Source: Eubacteriales bacterium
Lineage (GTDB): Bacteria > Bacillota > Clostridia > Oscillospirales > CAG-272
Assembly (NCBI GenBank): GCA_045661285.1
Contig: JAZRFI010000072.1
Span: 1 to 39,366, forward strand
Reading direction: 5' to 3'
Length of the DNA: 39,366 nucleotides
Shown here in pieces: positions 27,682 to 35,857 of this stretch (position 1 is its first letter; every line of letters begins with the position of its first letter). A program made the translations under genes and the position numbers. The notes under the pieces are model-generated. The model had not been told where the DNA came from and made no database searches. It was given only the letters and a program-made list of their open reading frames with translations.

Positions 27682-28304
27682 TATGCGTAAACCTCCTCAA
27701 TCTTCTTGACCGCATCACTGGCGATGATGAAGGTATCGCAATTCAGGATGTCATAGGTGCAGATCGCGTTGCAGACCGCCGTTTTGACACCGGGAATGTT
27801 GGCGCAGCTCTTCACGACGAAGGCGTTGACCTCAGGCAGAACGATCAGCGTCTTTTTGCCGGCGTTCAGCGCAGCAAGCATCTCGGTCATAGCCTTGGTC
27901 TTGTATTCGGTCGCATTGATGGCGTCGACGACGATCATCTCGCCGGCGGCTACCTTAGAAGAGAAGGCGCTGAACATAGCAGCTTGCTTAGCCTTGCGGT
28001 TCATCTCAATATGATAGGTGCGGGGCTTCGGGCCCAGGGCGATACCGCCGTGTACCCACTGAGGGGAACGGGTCGAGCCCTGTCTTGCTCTACCGGTGCC
28101 CTTCTGCTTCCAGGGCTTCTTACCGCCGCCCGAGACTTCGCTGCGGGTGAGGGTGGATTGCGTGCCCTGACGTTGATTCGTAAGATAAGCTCTGACAGCG
28201 GTGTGGAGGAGCGCGGCGTTAACCTCGGCGCCAAACACCTTTTCGGACAGCTCGATCGAGCCAACCTCTTTGCCGGCCATATCAACAACTTTCATAGTAG
28301 GCAT
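27681..28304 (-). CDS. rplD: 50S ribosomal protein L4
   Basis: LTNQRQGTQSTLTRSEVSGGGKKPWKQKGTGRARQGSTRSPQWVHGGIALGPKPR matches L4. Confidence 0.95.
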   Translation of the reverse strand: MPTMKVVDMAGKEVGSIELSEKVFGAEVNAALLHTAVRAYLTNQRQGTQSTLTRSEVSGGGKKPWKQKGTGRARQGSTRSPQWVHGGIALGPKPRTYHIEMNRKAKQAAMFSAFSSKVAAGEMIVVDAINATEYKTKAMTEMLAALNAGKKTLIVLPEVNAFVVKSCANIPGVKTAVCNAICTYDILNCDTFIIASDAVKKIEEVYA

Positions 28305-28322
28305 TGTTTGTTCCTCCTTCCG

Positions 28323-28955
28323 TTATGCTTTCACCGAATCGCGAATGAAGACGATACCGCCCTTGGCACCGGGAACGGCGCCCTTGACCGCGATCAGGTT
28401 TTTCTCTGCATCGACCTTAACGACGGCAAGATTCAGGATGGTTACCTGCTCGTTACCGTACTGGCCTGCCATTTTCTTGTTCTTGTAAACGCGGGAAGGT
28501 GTCGAGTTGGCACCCATAGAACCGACCTGACGGTGTACAGGACCCGTACCGTGAGTCATCCGCAGGATGTGGTGGTTCCAGCGTTTGATAGCGCCCGTGT
28601 AGCCGTGGCCCTTGGTGATTCCGGTAATGTCGACCTTATCGCCGCTGGCGAAGGTATCGGCAGAAATCACGTCGCCCACGTTGTAAGCGCTGCAATCCGC
28701 AAGACGAAATTCCTTCAGATGTCTTTTGGCACCGAGACCGGCACTCTTCAGGTGGCCGATTTCCGGTTTCGAAAGAACCTTTTCTCTGCAATCGTCAAAG
28801 GACAGCTGCAGAGCCTCGTACCCGTCTTTCTCGGCGGTCTTCTTCTGCGCGATGGCGCAAGGACCGGCTTCGATCAGGGTAACGGGGATCACGTTTCCGA
28901 CTTCATCGAAGATCTGGGTCATACCCAGCTTCTTTCCGATAATGCCTTTTTTCAT
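28323..28955 (-). CDS. rplC: 50S ribosomal protein L3
   Basis: MKKGIIGKKLGMTQIFDEVGNVIPVTLIEAGPC...ITKGHGYTGAIKRWN matches L3. Confidence 0.95.
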   Translation of the reverse strand: MKKGIIGKKLGMTQIFDEVGNVIPVTLIEAGPCAIAQKKTAEKDGYEALQLSFDDCREKVLSKPEIGHLKSAGLGAKRHLKEFRLADCSAYNVGDVISADTFASGDKVDITGITKGHGYTGAIKRWNHHILRMTHGTGPVHRQVGSMGANSTPSRVYKNKKMAGQYGNEQVTILNLAVVKVDAEKNLIAVKGAVPGAKGGIVFIRDSVKA

Positions 28956-29049
28956 TTTTTCCTCCTAGTTATTGGTTGACGCTTTGAATTTCCCGATTGC
29001 TCGGAACGCCAACGTGACCACAAGGATGTGGTGGGAAAACTAAATTTGA

Positions 29050-29358
29050 TTAAGCCTTAACTTCGATCTCGACACCGGCAGGCAGCTCGATGCTCATAAG
29101 AGCTTCCACGGTCTTAGCCTGCGGATTCAAAATGTCGATAAGGCGCTTGTGAGTTCTGGTCTCGAACTGCTCACGGCTGTCCTTATACTTATGAACAGCG
29201 CGGAGAATGGTGATGATCTCACGCTCGGTGGGAAGCGGAATGGGGCCGGAAACAGCGCTGCCGTTTCTCTTAGCCACCTCAACGACCTTAGCGGCCGCCG
29301 CGTCCACGAGGGTGTGGTCGTAGCTCTTAAGACGAACTCTGATCTTTGCGTTTGCCAT
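29050..29358 (-). CDS. rpsJ: 30S ribosomal protein S10 (first gene of the supercluster)
   Basis: [72 protein letters not shown] matches S10. RBS AAAGGAGG lies upstream. Confidence 0.95.
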   Translation of the reverse strand: MANAKIRVRLKSYDHTLVDAAAAKVVEVAKRNGSAVSGPIPLPTEREIITILRAVHKYKDSREQFETRTHKRLIDILNPQAKTVEALMSIELPAGVEIEVKA

Positions 29359-29430
29359 TTGAATTTCCTCCTTTTATTTAATGGAGGGCTGTCTTGTTTC
29401 ACACCCTGCCGTGCGTTTCATTCTGTCTCC

Positions 29431-29470
29431 AAAAGAAACCCGACCACCCCAAAAGGGATGATTCGGTCGG
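29431..29470 (-). promoter_or_regulatory. Terminator-like hairpin plus U-tract inside the rpsJ 5' leader (candidate transcription attenuator)
   Basis: The - strand RNA reads CCGACC-GAAU-CAUCCC-UUUU-GGGGUG-GUCGG followed by GUUUCUUUUGG. It lies between the predicted promoter (29591-29619) and the rpsJ ATG (29358), 73 nt upstream of the ATG. Confidence 0.4.
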
Positions 29471-29590
29471 CAGGAAGGTATGCCCCCTACGGCATACTAT
29501 TCGACATCGCCCGTTTAACGGACATACTCCATGGAAGTTCCCTGCCCCAGGGTAGGCAGCAATCTCCCACTTCAACGCATACCAGCAAAT

Positions 29591-29619
29591 ATTATATAAC
29601 AAGCCTTTTTTGATTGCAA
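29591..29619 (-). promoter_or_regulatory. Sigma-70-type promoter of the S10-spc-alpha supercluster
   Basis: On the - strand: TTGCAA (29619-29614), a 17-nt spacer, then perfect TATAAT (29596-29591). An A/T-rich UP-like tract lies upstream. It predicts a ~225-nt leader. Confidence 0.55.
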
Positions 29620-29670
29620 GAGGGGTGACAAAATTTCCCGAAAAAATCATATAGAAAAAATGTAGAATTT

Positions 29671-29699
29671 TTCGCAGTTTTTTGTGCAATTTGTATAGT
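29671..29699 (+). promoter_or_regulatory. Weak candidate divergent promoter for the membrane-protein/polA operon
   Basis: TTCGCA (29671-29676), a 17-nt spacer, then TATAGT (29694-29699). It lies about 155 nt upstream of the ATG at 29854. Hexamer match only. Confidence 0.3.
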
Positions 29700-29853
29700 T
29701 GCCCTGATTTCATTGGTTTTTTTGGACTTTTTTCTTTTTTTGCCCAAAAAGCGGCTTCGATACATTTTATTCACAATTAAGAGGTACAATAGAAGAGACG
29801 ATACTTTTTACACCCAAAAAGACCTATATATTAAATAAAAAGGAAGAAAACCT

Positions 29854-30714
29854 ATGTCAACAAAAACCAAGCGCATCCATCTCAGCTTTCTTTTGATCAC
29901 CGTAGCGCTCGCCCTTGCCGTCATCACGCTTCGTATTCTTGCCCTTCTGGGGCATCTTGACGCGGCGACCGGATACTTCACCTCGTCTACTCTCTCGATC
30001 GCCTTCACGGCCATTCTCATCGGGGGCGCGGTTTTCGGCGCGGTCTTCTCGCACGAGCTTTCGGAGCTTTTCGTATTCAACGATGATTATCGGGACGTGC
30101 CTACGCTTTTTGCCTCGTCCTTCTCGGCAGCGGTTTTCCTTTTCTTTTCTTACTCGCTGTTTACCAAGGTCGGGGGCGGCACGGCGCTCGCCTCTCTCTT
30201 TGCAATCCTTGCGGCGCTTTGTGCCCTGCTCAGCGGCATCGCCTTCCTTCTTTCTCTCTTTGATATTTCGGGAACCAAGCGGGCAATGCTTTCGCTTTTC
30301 CCGGTCGGTCTTTCGATCTTTTACGCCTTTTACCTTTATTTTGAGGGGCAGATGATGCTGAACAACCCCCACAAGCTTCTTTGCCAAGCGGCCTTTTTGC
30401 TCGCGGCCTTCTTCTTCCTTGGGGAAAGCCGTATCGCCCTCGGCCGTGCCAAATGGGCGCTTCATACTTATATCACCCTGCTTACCCTTCTCTTCTCCGC
30501 ATCGCTTTCCCTGCCGAATCTTGTGTACCACGCCGCAGTCGGCGCCCCGCTCCTTTTTGATACGATGCCCGACTTCGTGCTGCTGGCGATCTTCTTTTAT
30601 ACCACGGCGCGCACCGTTGCAACGCTTTTGACCGTTACCCGTCAATCCTCCCCCTCTCTCCGTTTTGTGACCGAAGGGCAGGAAGATCTTATGGAAGAAA
30701 AGGAAGAGGAATAA
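29854..30714 (+). CDS. Polytopic membrane protein of unknown function (286 aa, acidic C-terminal tail)
   Basis: About 8 hydrophobic segments are visible (LSFLLITVALALAVITL, IAFTAILIGGAVFGAVF, AAVFLFFSYSLF, LASLFAILAALCALLSGIAFLL, and others). RBS AAAAGGAAG lies upstream. The stop overlaps the polA start (TAATG). The antisense 262-aa ORF is Lys/Arg/Glu low-complexity and is rejected. Confidence 0.7.
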   Translation: MSTKTKRIHLSFLLITVALALAVITLRILALLGHLDAATGYFTSSTLSIAFTAILIGGAVFGAVFSHELSELFVFNDDYRDVPTLFASSFSAAVFLFFSYSLFTKVGGGTALASLFAILAALCALLSGIAFLLSLFDISGTKRAMLSLFPVGLSIFYAFYLYFEGQMMLNNPHKLLCQAAFLLAAFFFLGESRIALGRAKWALHTYITLLTLLFSASLSLPNLVYHAAVGAPLLFDTMPDFVLLAIFFYTTARTVATLLTVTRQSSPSLRFVTEGQEDLMEEKEEE

Positions 30715-33257
30715 TGAAAAAGCTTCTGGTCGTTGACGGAAACAGTATTCTGAACCGCGCCTTTTACGGTATTCGCCCCTTAACCACCAAGGACGGAAAA
30801 AACACCAATGCGGTATACGGTATGGTGCAGATCTTGCAGCGTCATCTTTCCGCCCTCTCGCCCGATTACGCCGCCGTCGCCTTTGACGTACACGCCCCCA
30901 CCTTCCGCAAAAAAGTGTACGAGCCTTATAAAGCCAACCGAAAGCCCTGCCCGCCCGAGCTTCGCGAGCAGTTTGACTACGCGAAGGAATGTCTTCGGGC
31001 TATGGGTCTTACGGTTCTTGAAAAAGAGGGCTATGAAGCCGACGATCTGCAGGGCACGCTTGCCAGAATGGCGGCGAAGGAGGCGGATACCGAAGCGTAT
31101 ATCCTGAGCGGTGACCGCGATCTTTTGCAGCTGATCGACGGAAAAACGCGGGTCCTTCTGGCGGGGAACAAGGAGACCGTATGCTTTGACCGTGACGTTT
31201 TCTTTGAAAAATACGGGATCGAGCCCTCCGAGCTTATCGATGCCAAGGCCTTAATGGGTGACTCCTCGGATAATATCCCCGGCGTTGGCGGCGTTGGCGA
31301 AAAGACTGCCTTAAAGCTGATCGCCGAATTCAAAACGCTGGACGGCGTTTACGAAAGCATTGAGTCCCCCTCTATCTCCAAGGGGGTAAGGGAAAAGCTT
31401 GCAAAGGATAAGGAGGCCGCCTATCTTTCGCGTTTTTTGGCTACGATCGAGACCGCCGTGCCGCTTGATCTTCCTTTTGAAAGCTTTGCTTATACGGGCA
31501 TCAACGAGGAAGCGCTTTATCAATGCTTTACGAGGTTTGAGTTTGGCAATCTGATTGCCCGCTTCCACCTTTTTAAAAAGGAAGAGGACACCCCCGCCCC
31601 CTCTGCTTGCGAGGAAAAGAGCGAGGGCGTATGCTATGAAGAAACCGACGCGGAGGGGGCCCTTTCGCTTCTCGGCAAAAAAATCGCGCTTATTATGGAA
31701 AAGGGTGCCTTATACCTTTCCTCAGAGGGGAAAAATCTCGTCTATCGCGGCGATATTCCTTCGATCGCCCCTCTTTTTGAAGAAAGCGCTGCGCTTATCA
31801 CCTTTGACGCAAAGCCGCTTTATCGGCTTCTCTATCAAAACGGCGTCGCCCCCGGGGCGTTGCTTTGCGATCTGATGCTCGCCTCCTACGTCATCAATTC
31901 CTCGGGCGGGCAGCCTAAGCTCTCTTCTCTTCTCGGCTCCTACCTTTCGGTCTATCCCGAGGCGGGGCAACCGACGGCGCATCTTCTTTTTGACTTACAA
32001 GAGGCGCTTTACGCGCAGCTTCGGGAGATCGGGGGGCTTTCGCTCTTCGAAGAGATCGAAACACCGCTTGCCAAGGTGCTTGCCGAAATGGAAGAGCGCG
32101 GCTTCCGCGTGGATACCGAGGGGCTTGCCGCCTTCGGCGTAGAGCTTCAGGGGGCGATCGACGCCGATGCCGAGGCGATCACCGAGATGGCGGGCGTATC
32201 CTTTAACATCAATTCGACCAAGCAGCTGGGCGAGGTGCTTTTCGAGCGGCTGGGTCTCCCCGCCGCCAAAAAGACGAAAAGCGGCTATTCGACCGATGCC
32301 GACGTTCTCAACGAGCTGAGAAGCCATCACCCCATCATTGACGCGATCTTGGAGTACCGCCAGCTGACCAAGCTTTATTCCACCTACGTCGAAGGTCTTT
32401 TGACCGCGGTTTCGGAGGACGGGCGCGTACACACCGAATTCAAGCAAGCGCTCACCGCCACCGGCCGCCTTTCGTCGGCCGAGCCGAACCTGCAAAACAT
32501 CCCCGTAAAGACCGAGCTGGGGCGCCAGCTGCGCCGCTTCTTCATCACGAAGAGCGACGAATACGTCTTGATTGACGCCGACTATTCGCAGATCGAGCTT
32601 CGGCTTCTGGCGCATATGTCGGGTGATGAAGCAATGCAAGACGCTTACCGAAGCGGGGCCGATATCCATGCCCGCACGGCGGCGGCCGCCTTCTCGATCC
32701 CCGAATACGCCGTAACGCCCGAGCTTCGCAAACGCGCCAAGGCGGTCAATTTCGGCATTATCTACGGTATTTCCGCCTATTCTCTTTCGGCCGATCTTCA
32801 TATCTCGGTCAAGGACGCCAAGCAATACCAAGAGGCTTATTTTGCCCAGTTCCCAAGCGTTAAGGATTATCTTGACGGGGTGATCGAAGGTGCCAAGCAG
32901 AACGGCTACACCGAAACGCTTCTCGGCCGTCGGCGCTATCTGCCCGAGCTGAGGGCGCCGCAATACCCGACGCGCAAATTCGGCGAGAGAGCGGCGATGA
33001 ACAGCCCCCTGCAGGGCAGCGCCGCCGATATCATTAAGCTTGCCATGATCGCGGTCGACCGCCGCTTAAAGGAAGAAGGGATCGACGCTTCGCTGATCCT
33101 GCAGGTGCACGACGAGCTGATCCTTGAAGCGCATATCAGCTGTGCCGAGCGCGCCAAAGCCATTCTCAAAGAGGAAATGGAAAAGGCCGCATCCCTTTCG
33201 ATTCCCCTTACCGTCGATATCACGGTAGGAAAGACCTGGCTTGAAAGCAAGGATTAA
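30714..33257 (+). CDS. polA: DNA polymerase I (5' nuclease + vestigial 3'-5' exo domain + family A polymerase)
   Basis: The 5' nuclease shows LLVVDGNSILNRAFYG...GYEADDL...SGDRDLLQL...GDSSDNIPGVGGVGEKTA. The polymerase motifs are A (LIDADYSQIELRLLAH), B (RKRAKAVNFGIIYGIS) and C (LQVHDELILE). The Exo I DxE position reads IALIMEKG, so proofreading is probably inactive, as in Bst/Taq-type enzymes. Confidence 0.95.
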   Translation: MKKLLVVDGNSILNRAFYGIRPLTTKDGKNTNAVYGMVQILQRHLSALSPDYAAVAFDVHAPTFRKKVYEPYKANRKPCPPELREQFDYAKECLRAMGLTVLEKEGYEADDLQGTLARMAAKEADTEAYILSGDRDLLQLIDGKTRVLLAGNKETVCFDRDVFFEKYGIEPSELIDAKALMGDSSDNIPGVGGVGEKTALKLIAEFKTLDGVYESIESPSISKGVREKLAKDKEAAYLSRFLATIETAVPLDLPFESFAYTGINEEALYQCFTRFEFGNLIARFHLFKKEEDTPAPSACEEKSEGVCYEETDAEGALSLLGKKIALIMEKGALYLSSEGKNLVYRGDIPSIAPLFEESAALITFDAKPLYRLLYQNGVAPGALLCDLMLASYVINSSGGQPKLSSLLGSYLSVYPEAGQPTAHLLFDLQEALYAQLREIGGLSLFEEIETPLAKVLAEMEERGFRVDTEGLAAFGVELQGAIDADAEAITEMAGVSFNINSTKQLGEVLFERLGLPAAKKTKSGYSTDADVLNELRSHHPIIDAILEYRQLTKLYSTYVEGLLTAVSEDGRVHTEFKQALTATGRLSSAEPNLQNIPVKTELGRQLRRFFITKSDEYVLIDADYSQIELRLLAHMSGDEAMQDAYRSGADIHARTAAAAFSIPEYAVTPELRKRAKAVNFGIIYGISAYSLSADLHISVKDAKQYQEAYFAQFPSVKDYLDGVIEGAKQNGYTETLLGRRRYLPELRAPQYPTRKFGERAAMNSPLQGSAADIIKLAMIAVDRRLKEEGIDASLILQVHDELILEAHISCAERAKAILKEEMEKAASLSIPLTVDITVGKTWLESKD

Positions 33258-33285
33258 AAAGAAAAATTCATCCATAAAAACGAAC

Positions 33286-33334
33286 AGAGCAAGAATAGAA
33301 GGTTTTACCCTTTTACTCTTGCTCTTTCTTCTTG
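33286..33334. terminator. Terminator hairpin between convergent polA (+) and the radical-SAM gene (-)
   Basis: A 9-bp stem AGAGCAAGA(33286-33294)/TCTTGCTCT(33317-33325) encloses an inner AGAAGG/CCUUUU helix. TTCTTCTTG follows on the + strand and GTTCGTTTTTAT follows on the - strand. Confidence 0.5.
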
Positions 33335-33451
33335 TTATAAGGAGGTGGACTTACTCCATCAATGTATTCAACCGGACAAATGCGATGCTCCCACTTGGTG
33401 AGATTTTCAAATCCCCGTTAAGAACATCACCCTTTTCGGTCTTTTCTCTTT

Positions 33452-34357
33452 TTATAAAACGCCCTCGCCGTTGAAGGCGGGAATAAAGCTTTCGGTGGCG
33501 GCGCCCCCCTCTTGGGTAAAGCCCTGCGTAACGCCAAGGCGTACGGCGTAGGCAACGAGCCGCCTGTATTCTTTATCCGAAACCGTAGTCGCAAGCTCCG
33601 GAAAACGCTCTCCGATATCCCCGATCGGGGTATATTGGTTCATAAGGCTGATATAGATCTTGTTGCCGTAGGTCGTGGCCAGATACTTAACGACGTCGTG
33701 CGAATTGCGGTAATTCCCGGGGAGCATCAGGTGGCGTACAAGCACCCCCCTTTGCATCATTCCGTCTTGATCAAAAAGAGGTTCCCCGCACTGATCGACC
33801 ATCTCACGAAGAGACGCCTTGGCGACCTCGAAATAATCGGGGGCCGCGGAATAGCGCCGCGCCGCCTCGGCATCGACATACTTGAAATCGGGCAGATAAA
33901 TATCGATAAGCCCCCGAAGCGCCCGAAGCGCATCAAGCCCCTCGTAGCCGCCGCAGTTATAAACGATCGGGATCGTAAGCCCCGCTTCCTTCGCGCGCTT
34001 CAAGGCCGAAGCAAGAAAGGGCGCGTAATGCGTAGGCGTTACGAGGTTGACGTTATGCGCCCCCTTTTCTTGCAAGGAAAGGAGGATCGAAACAAACTTT
34101 TCCTCGGTAACGGGATAACCGTTTTCTCCGCGACTTATCGCCTTATTTTGACAATAAACGCAGGAAAGCGGGCAACCTGTAAAGAAAACTGTACCGGAAC
34201 CGCGTGTACCCGAAAGGCAAGGCTCTTCCCACATATGCAACGCCGCGCGGGAAAGAAGAACCGTATCGGGGGCTTTGCAAAAGCCGCCCCTGCCGCTTAC
34301 GCGGTCAGCACCGCACCGCCTTGGGCAGGCGGTACAGCAGATAGGATCATACTTCAC
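33452..34357 (-). CDS. Radical SAM protein, PflX-like (COG1313; homologue of pyruvate formate-lyase activases, substrate unknown)
   Basis: The radical-SAM triad is GCPLSCVYCQN (C-x3-C-x2-C). An N-terminal extra Cys cluster reads CCTACPRRCGADR...GFC. GTG start 34357 overlaps the upstream peptidase gene by 11 nt. Confidence 0.85.
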   Translation of the reverse strand: MKYDPICCTACPRRCGADRVSGRGGFCKAPDTVLLSRAALHMWEEPCLSGTRGSGTVFFTGCPLSCVYCQNKAISRGENGYPVTEEKFVSILLSLQEKGAHNVNLVTPTHYAPFLASALKRAKEAGLTIPIVYNCGGYEGLDALRALRGLIDIYLPDFKYVDAEAARRYSAAPDYFEVAKASLREMVDQCGEPLFDQDGMMQRGVLVRHLMLPGNYRNSHDVVKYLATTYGNKIYISLMNQYTPIGDIGERFPELATTVSDKEYRRLVAYAVRLGVTQGFTQEGGAATESFIPAFNGEGVL

Positions 34358-35795
34358 GATTCAGCATCTCGTCTATTGTGAGAAGCATCATCGTGATGAT
34401 ACGGATCGCCACCAGATACTCTTCTTCACAAATACATTCGTCTGCCTGATGAACGCTGCCGTGCCCCGTCGGTAAGGGGTAGGTACGCTTTTCTCCATTC
34501 ACGGGGCAAGCAAGCCCCACACTGTATGCGTTCGCAAGATGGCGGGCGTAGGTACCGCCGCCGCTTCGGTAGGGCTTCGCCTCCCCGTCACCGCTTTCCT
34601 CGCGGTAAACGCGAAGCAGGGCGCAAGAAAGCGGGCCTTCCTCTTCCAATTCAAAGCCGTCTGTCGCCTCGCCGCATACAAAGCGCCAACCGTACGGTAC
34701 AAGCGTAGCGTCGATGCTTTTCGAAAGGGCATCCCACGAGGTGGCGCTGCCGTAACGGATATCCTCGGAAAGGGTAAGGTAGCCGTCCTTGATCCTTGCC
34801 ATACCGCAAGCGGCCGTACGGGCGCCGAAGGCGCCGTCTGCCCCCGCGATACCGAGCGGGGCGCCAAAGGGATCGCTAAGAAGCGCGGACGCCGCTTTCA
34901 TCACCGAACGGTCTCCTTCGGGCAACGCACGGCACAGCGAAAGCAGATACGCGGCCCTCTCGGCAGCGTTTACCGAGCCGCGGGGGGTGCTGGCGTGCGC
35001 CGCAAGGCCGTTTACGGTCAGAAGGATCCTTTCGCCCTCTCTTTTCAGCTCGTAATCAACCGTAGGCTCGGAAAGCGCGCAAAGCTCGCGGTACAGCGCC
35101 TCTTCGTAGGCCAGCGTGACCGTAACGCGGTCCAAAACGATGTTAAAGCATTCTCCGCCGCAAAAATCAAGGATAGCCGAGGAAAGCGCCGGACTGACGA
35201 GCCAGCCCTCAGCCCTTCCCTTTTCCCCAAGCGAAAGCGGGAAATCGTTATCGGGCACAAGCGAAACGTCGGGCATCGGGAAAAGCTCGCCAAAGGCCTC
35301 TATATCCTTCATACCGCTCTCTTCGTTGCCCCCGATAAAGGAGACGAGCGTAGATGAGAAAGAAAGCCCCAGCTCCTTGATCGCCTTCATCGCATACAGC
35401 GAGGCAACGATGCCCCCCTTGTTATCCTCGCACCCACGCGCGAAAAAGAAGCCGTCACGGCGGTGTGGCTCGTAAGGGCTGCTTACCGTCCAGCCTTCCC
35501 CCGCGGGTACGACGTCACAGTGCCCAAAAAGGCCGATACGGCGCTCTCCGCCCTCCAAGGTAGCAAGGGAAAAGCGCCCCTCTTTATCGGAAAAGGGGGT
35601 AAAACCCTCCTCGCTGAAAAAGGATAAAGCGCTCTTCATCGCCCGATCGACGGCGTCACCAAAGGGCTTACCCTCGGTGGGCGCCCCCTCCACCGAGGGG
35701 ATGCGGCAAAGCGTGGCAAGGCGCTCAAAGATCTCTTCTCTCTTGGAAGAAAGGTACGCGCCGATTCTTTCGGATACTTCCTTACGGTTTTTCAT
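34347..35795 (-). CDS. M20-family metallopeptidase (PepV/Sapep-like dipeptidase)
   Basis: GLFGHCDVVPAGEGW...ARGCEDNKGG...GGNEESG matches the M20 metal-ligand pattern. I chose ATG 35795 (AGAGGGA upstream, N-terminus MKNRKEVSERI...) rather than the track's 31-codon-longer start, which runs through the upstream terminator. Confidence 0.85.
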   Translation of the reverse strand: MKNRKEVSERIGAYLSSKREEIFERLATLCRIPSVEGAPTEGKPFGDAVDRAMKSALSFFSEEGFTPFSDKEGRFSLATLEGGERRIGLFGHCDVVPAGEGWTVSSPYEPHRRDGFFFARGCEDNKGGIVASLYAMKAIKELGLSFSSTLVSFIGGNEESGMKDIEAFGELFPMPDVSLVPDNDFPLSLGEKGRAEGWLVSPALSSAILDFCGGECFNIVLDRVTVTLAYEEALYRELCALSEPTVDYELKREGERILLTVNGLAAHASTPRGSVNAAERAAYLLSLCRALPEGDRSVMKAASALLSDPFGAPLGIAGADGAFGARTAACGMARIKDGYLTLSEDIRYGSATSWDALSKSIDATLVPYGWRFVCGEATDGFELEEEGPLSCALLRVYREESGDGEAKPYRSGGGTYARHLANAYSVGLACPVNGEKRTYPLPTGHGSVHQADECICEEEYLVAIRIITMMLLTIDEMLNREV

Positions 35796-35811
35796 TTTTC
35801 CCTCTTTCGTC

Positions 35812-35836
35812 AAAAAAGAGCCCGAGGGCTCTTTTT
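35812..35836 (-). terminator. Rho-independent terminator after the Zn-ribbon protein gene
   Basis: AGAGCC(C)-GA-(G)GGCTCT hairpin at 35817-35832, flanked by an A6 run (35812-35817) and a T5 run (35832-36). On the - strand the stem is followed by UUUUUU. Confidence 0.6.
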
Positions 35837-35857
35837 GCTTTATGTATTCTTTTTTGT

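Noticed and set aside
26206-27690. 494-aa ORF on the + strand, together with similar long + strand ORFs at 13469-14332, 14329-15126, 19222-20013, 22623-23471, 25120-25914 and 27984-28979.
   Set aside because: All lie antisense to unmistakable ribosomal, secY or rpoA genes. Their translations are Gly/Arg/Ala/Leu-rich low-complexity with no motifs and no RBS. These are typical shadow ORFs of GC-rich coding DNA.
29857-30645. 262-aa - strand ORF overlapping the membrane-protein gene.
   Set aside because: Its sequence is Lys/Arg/Glu-rich low-complexity. The + strand frame gives coherent transmembrane helices, has an RBS and is coupled to polA.
31995-32963. 322-aa - strand ORF inside polA. Similar antisense ORFs lie at 33512-34381 (inside the radical-SAM gene), 34539-35357 (inside the peptidase gene) and 36687-37556 (inside mutY).
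   Set aside because: All are antisense to genes with strong family signatures, and none has motifs of its own.
30714-33257. The polA 3'-5' exonuclease domain lacks the Exo I DxE motif (it reads IALIMEKG).
   Set aside because: This is real but ordinary. Many Firmicutes and Thermus Pol I enzymes have a vestigial proofreading domain.
33339-33421. Strong SD-like AAGGAGGTG at 33339-33347 in the polA/radical-SAM intergenic region, followed by a 19-codon ORF (ATG 33362).
   Set aside because: The 14-nt spacing is too long. The ORF is tiny with no recognisable features, and the SD-like sequence can pair locally (GGAG...CTCC). I cannot support a gene here.
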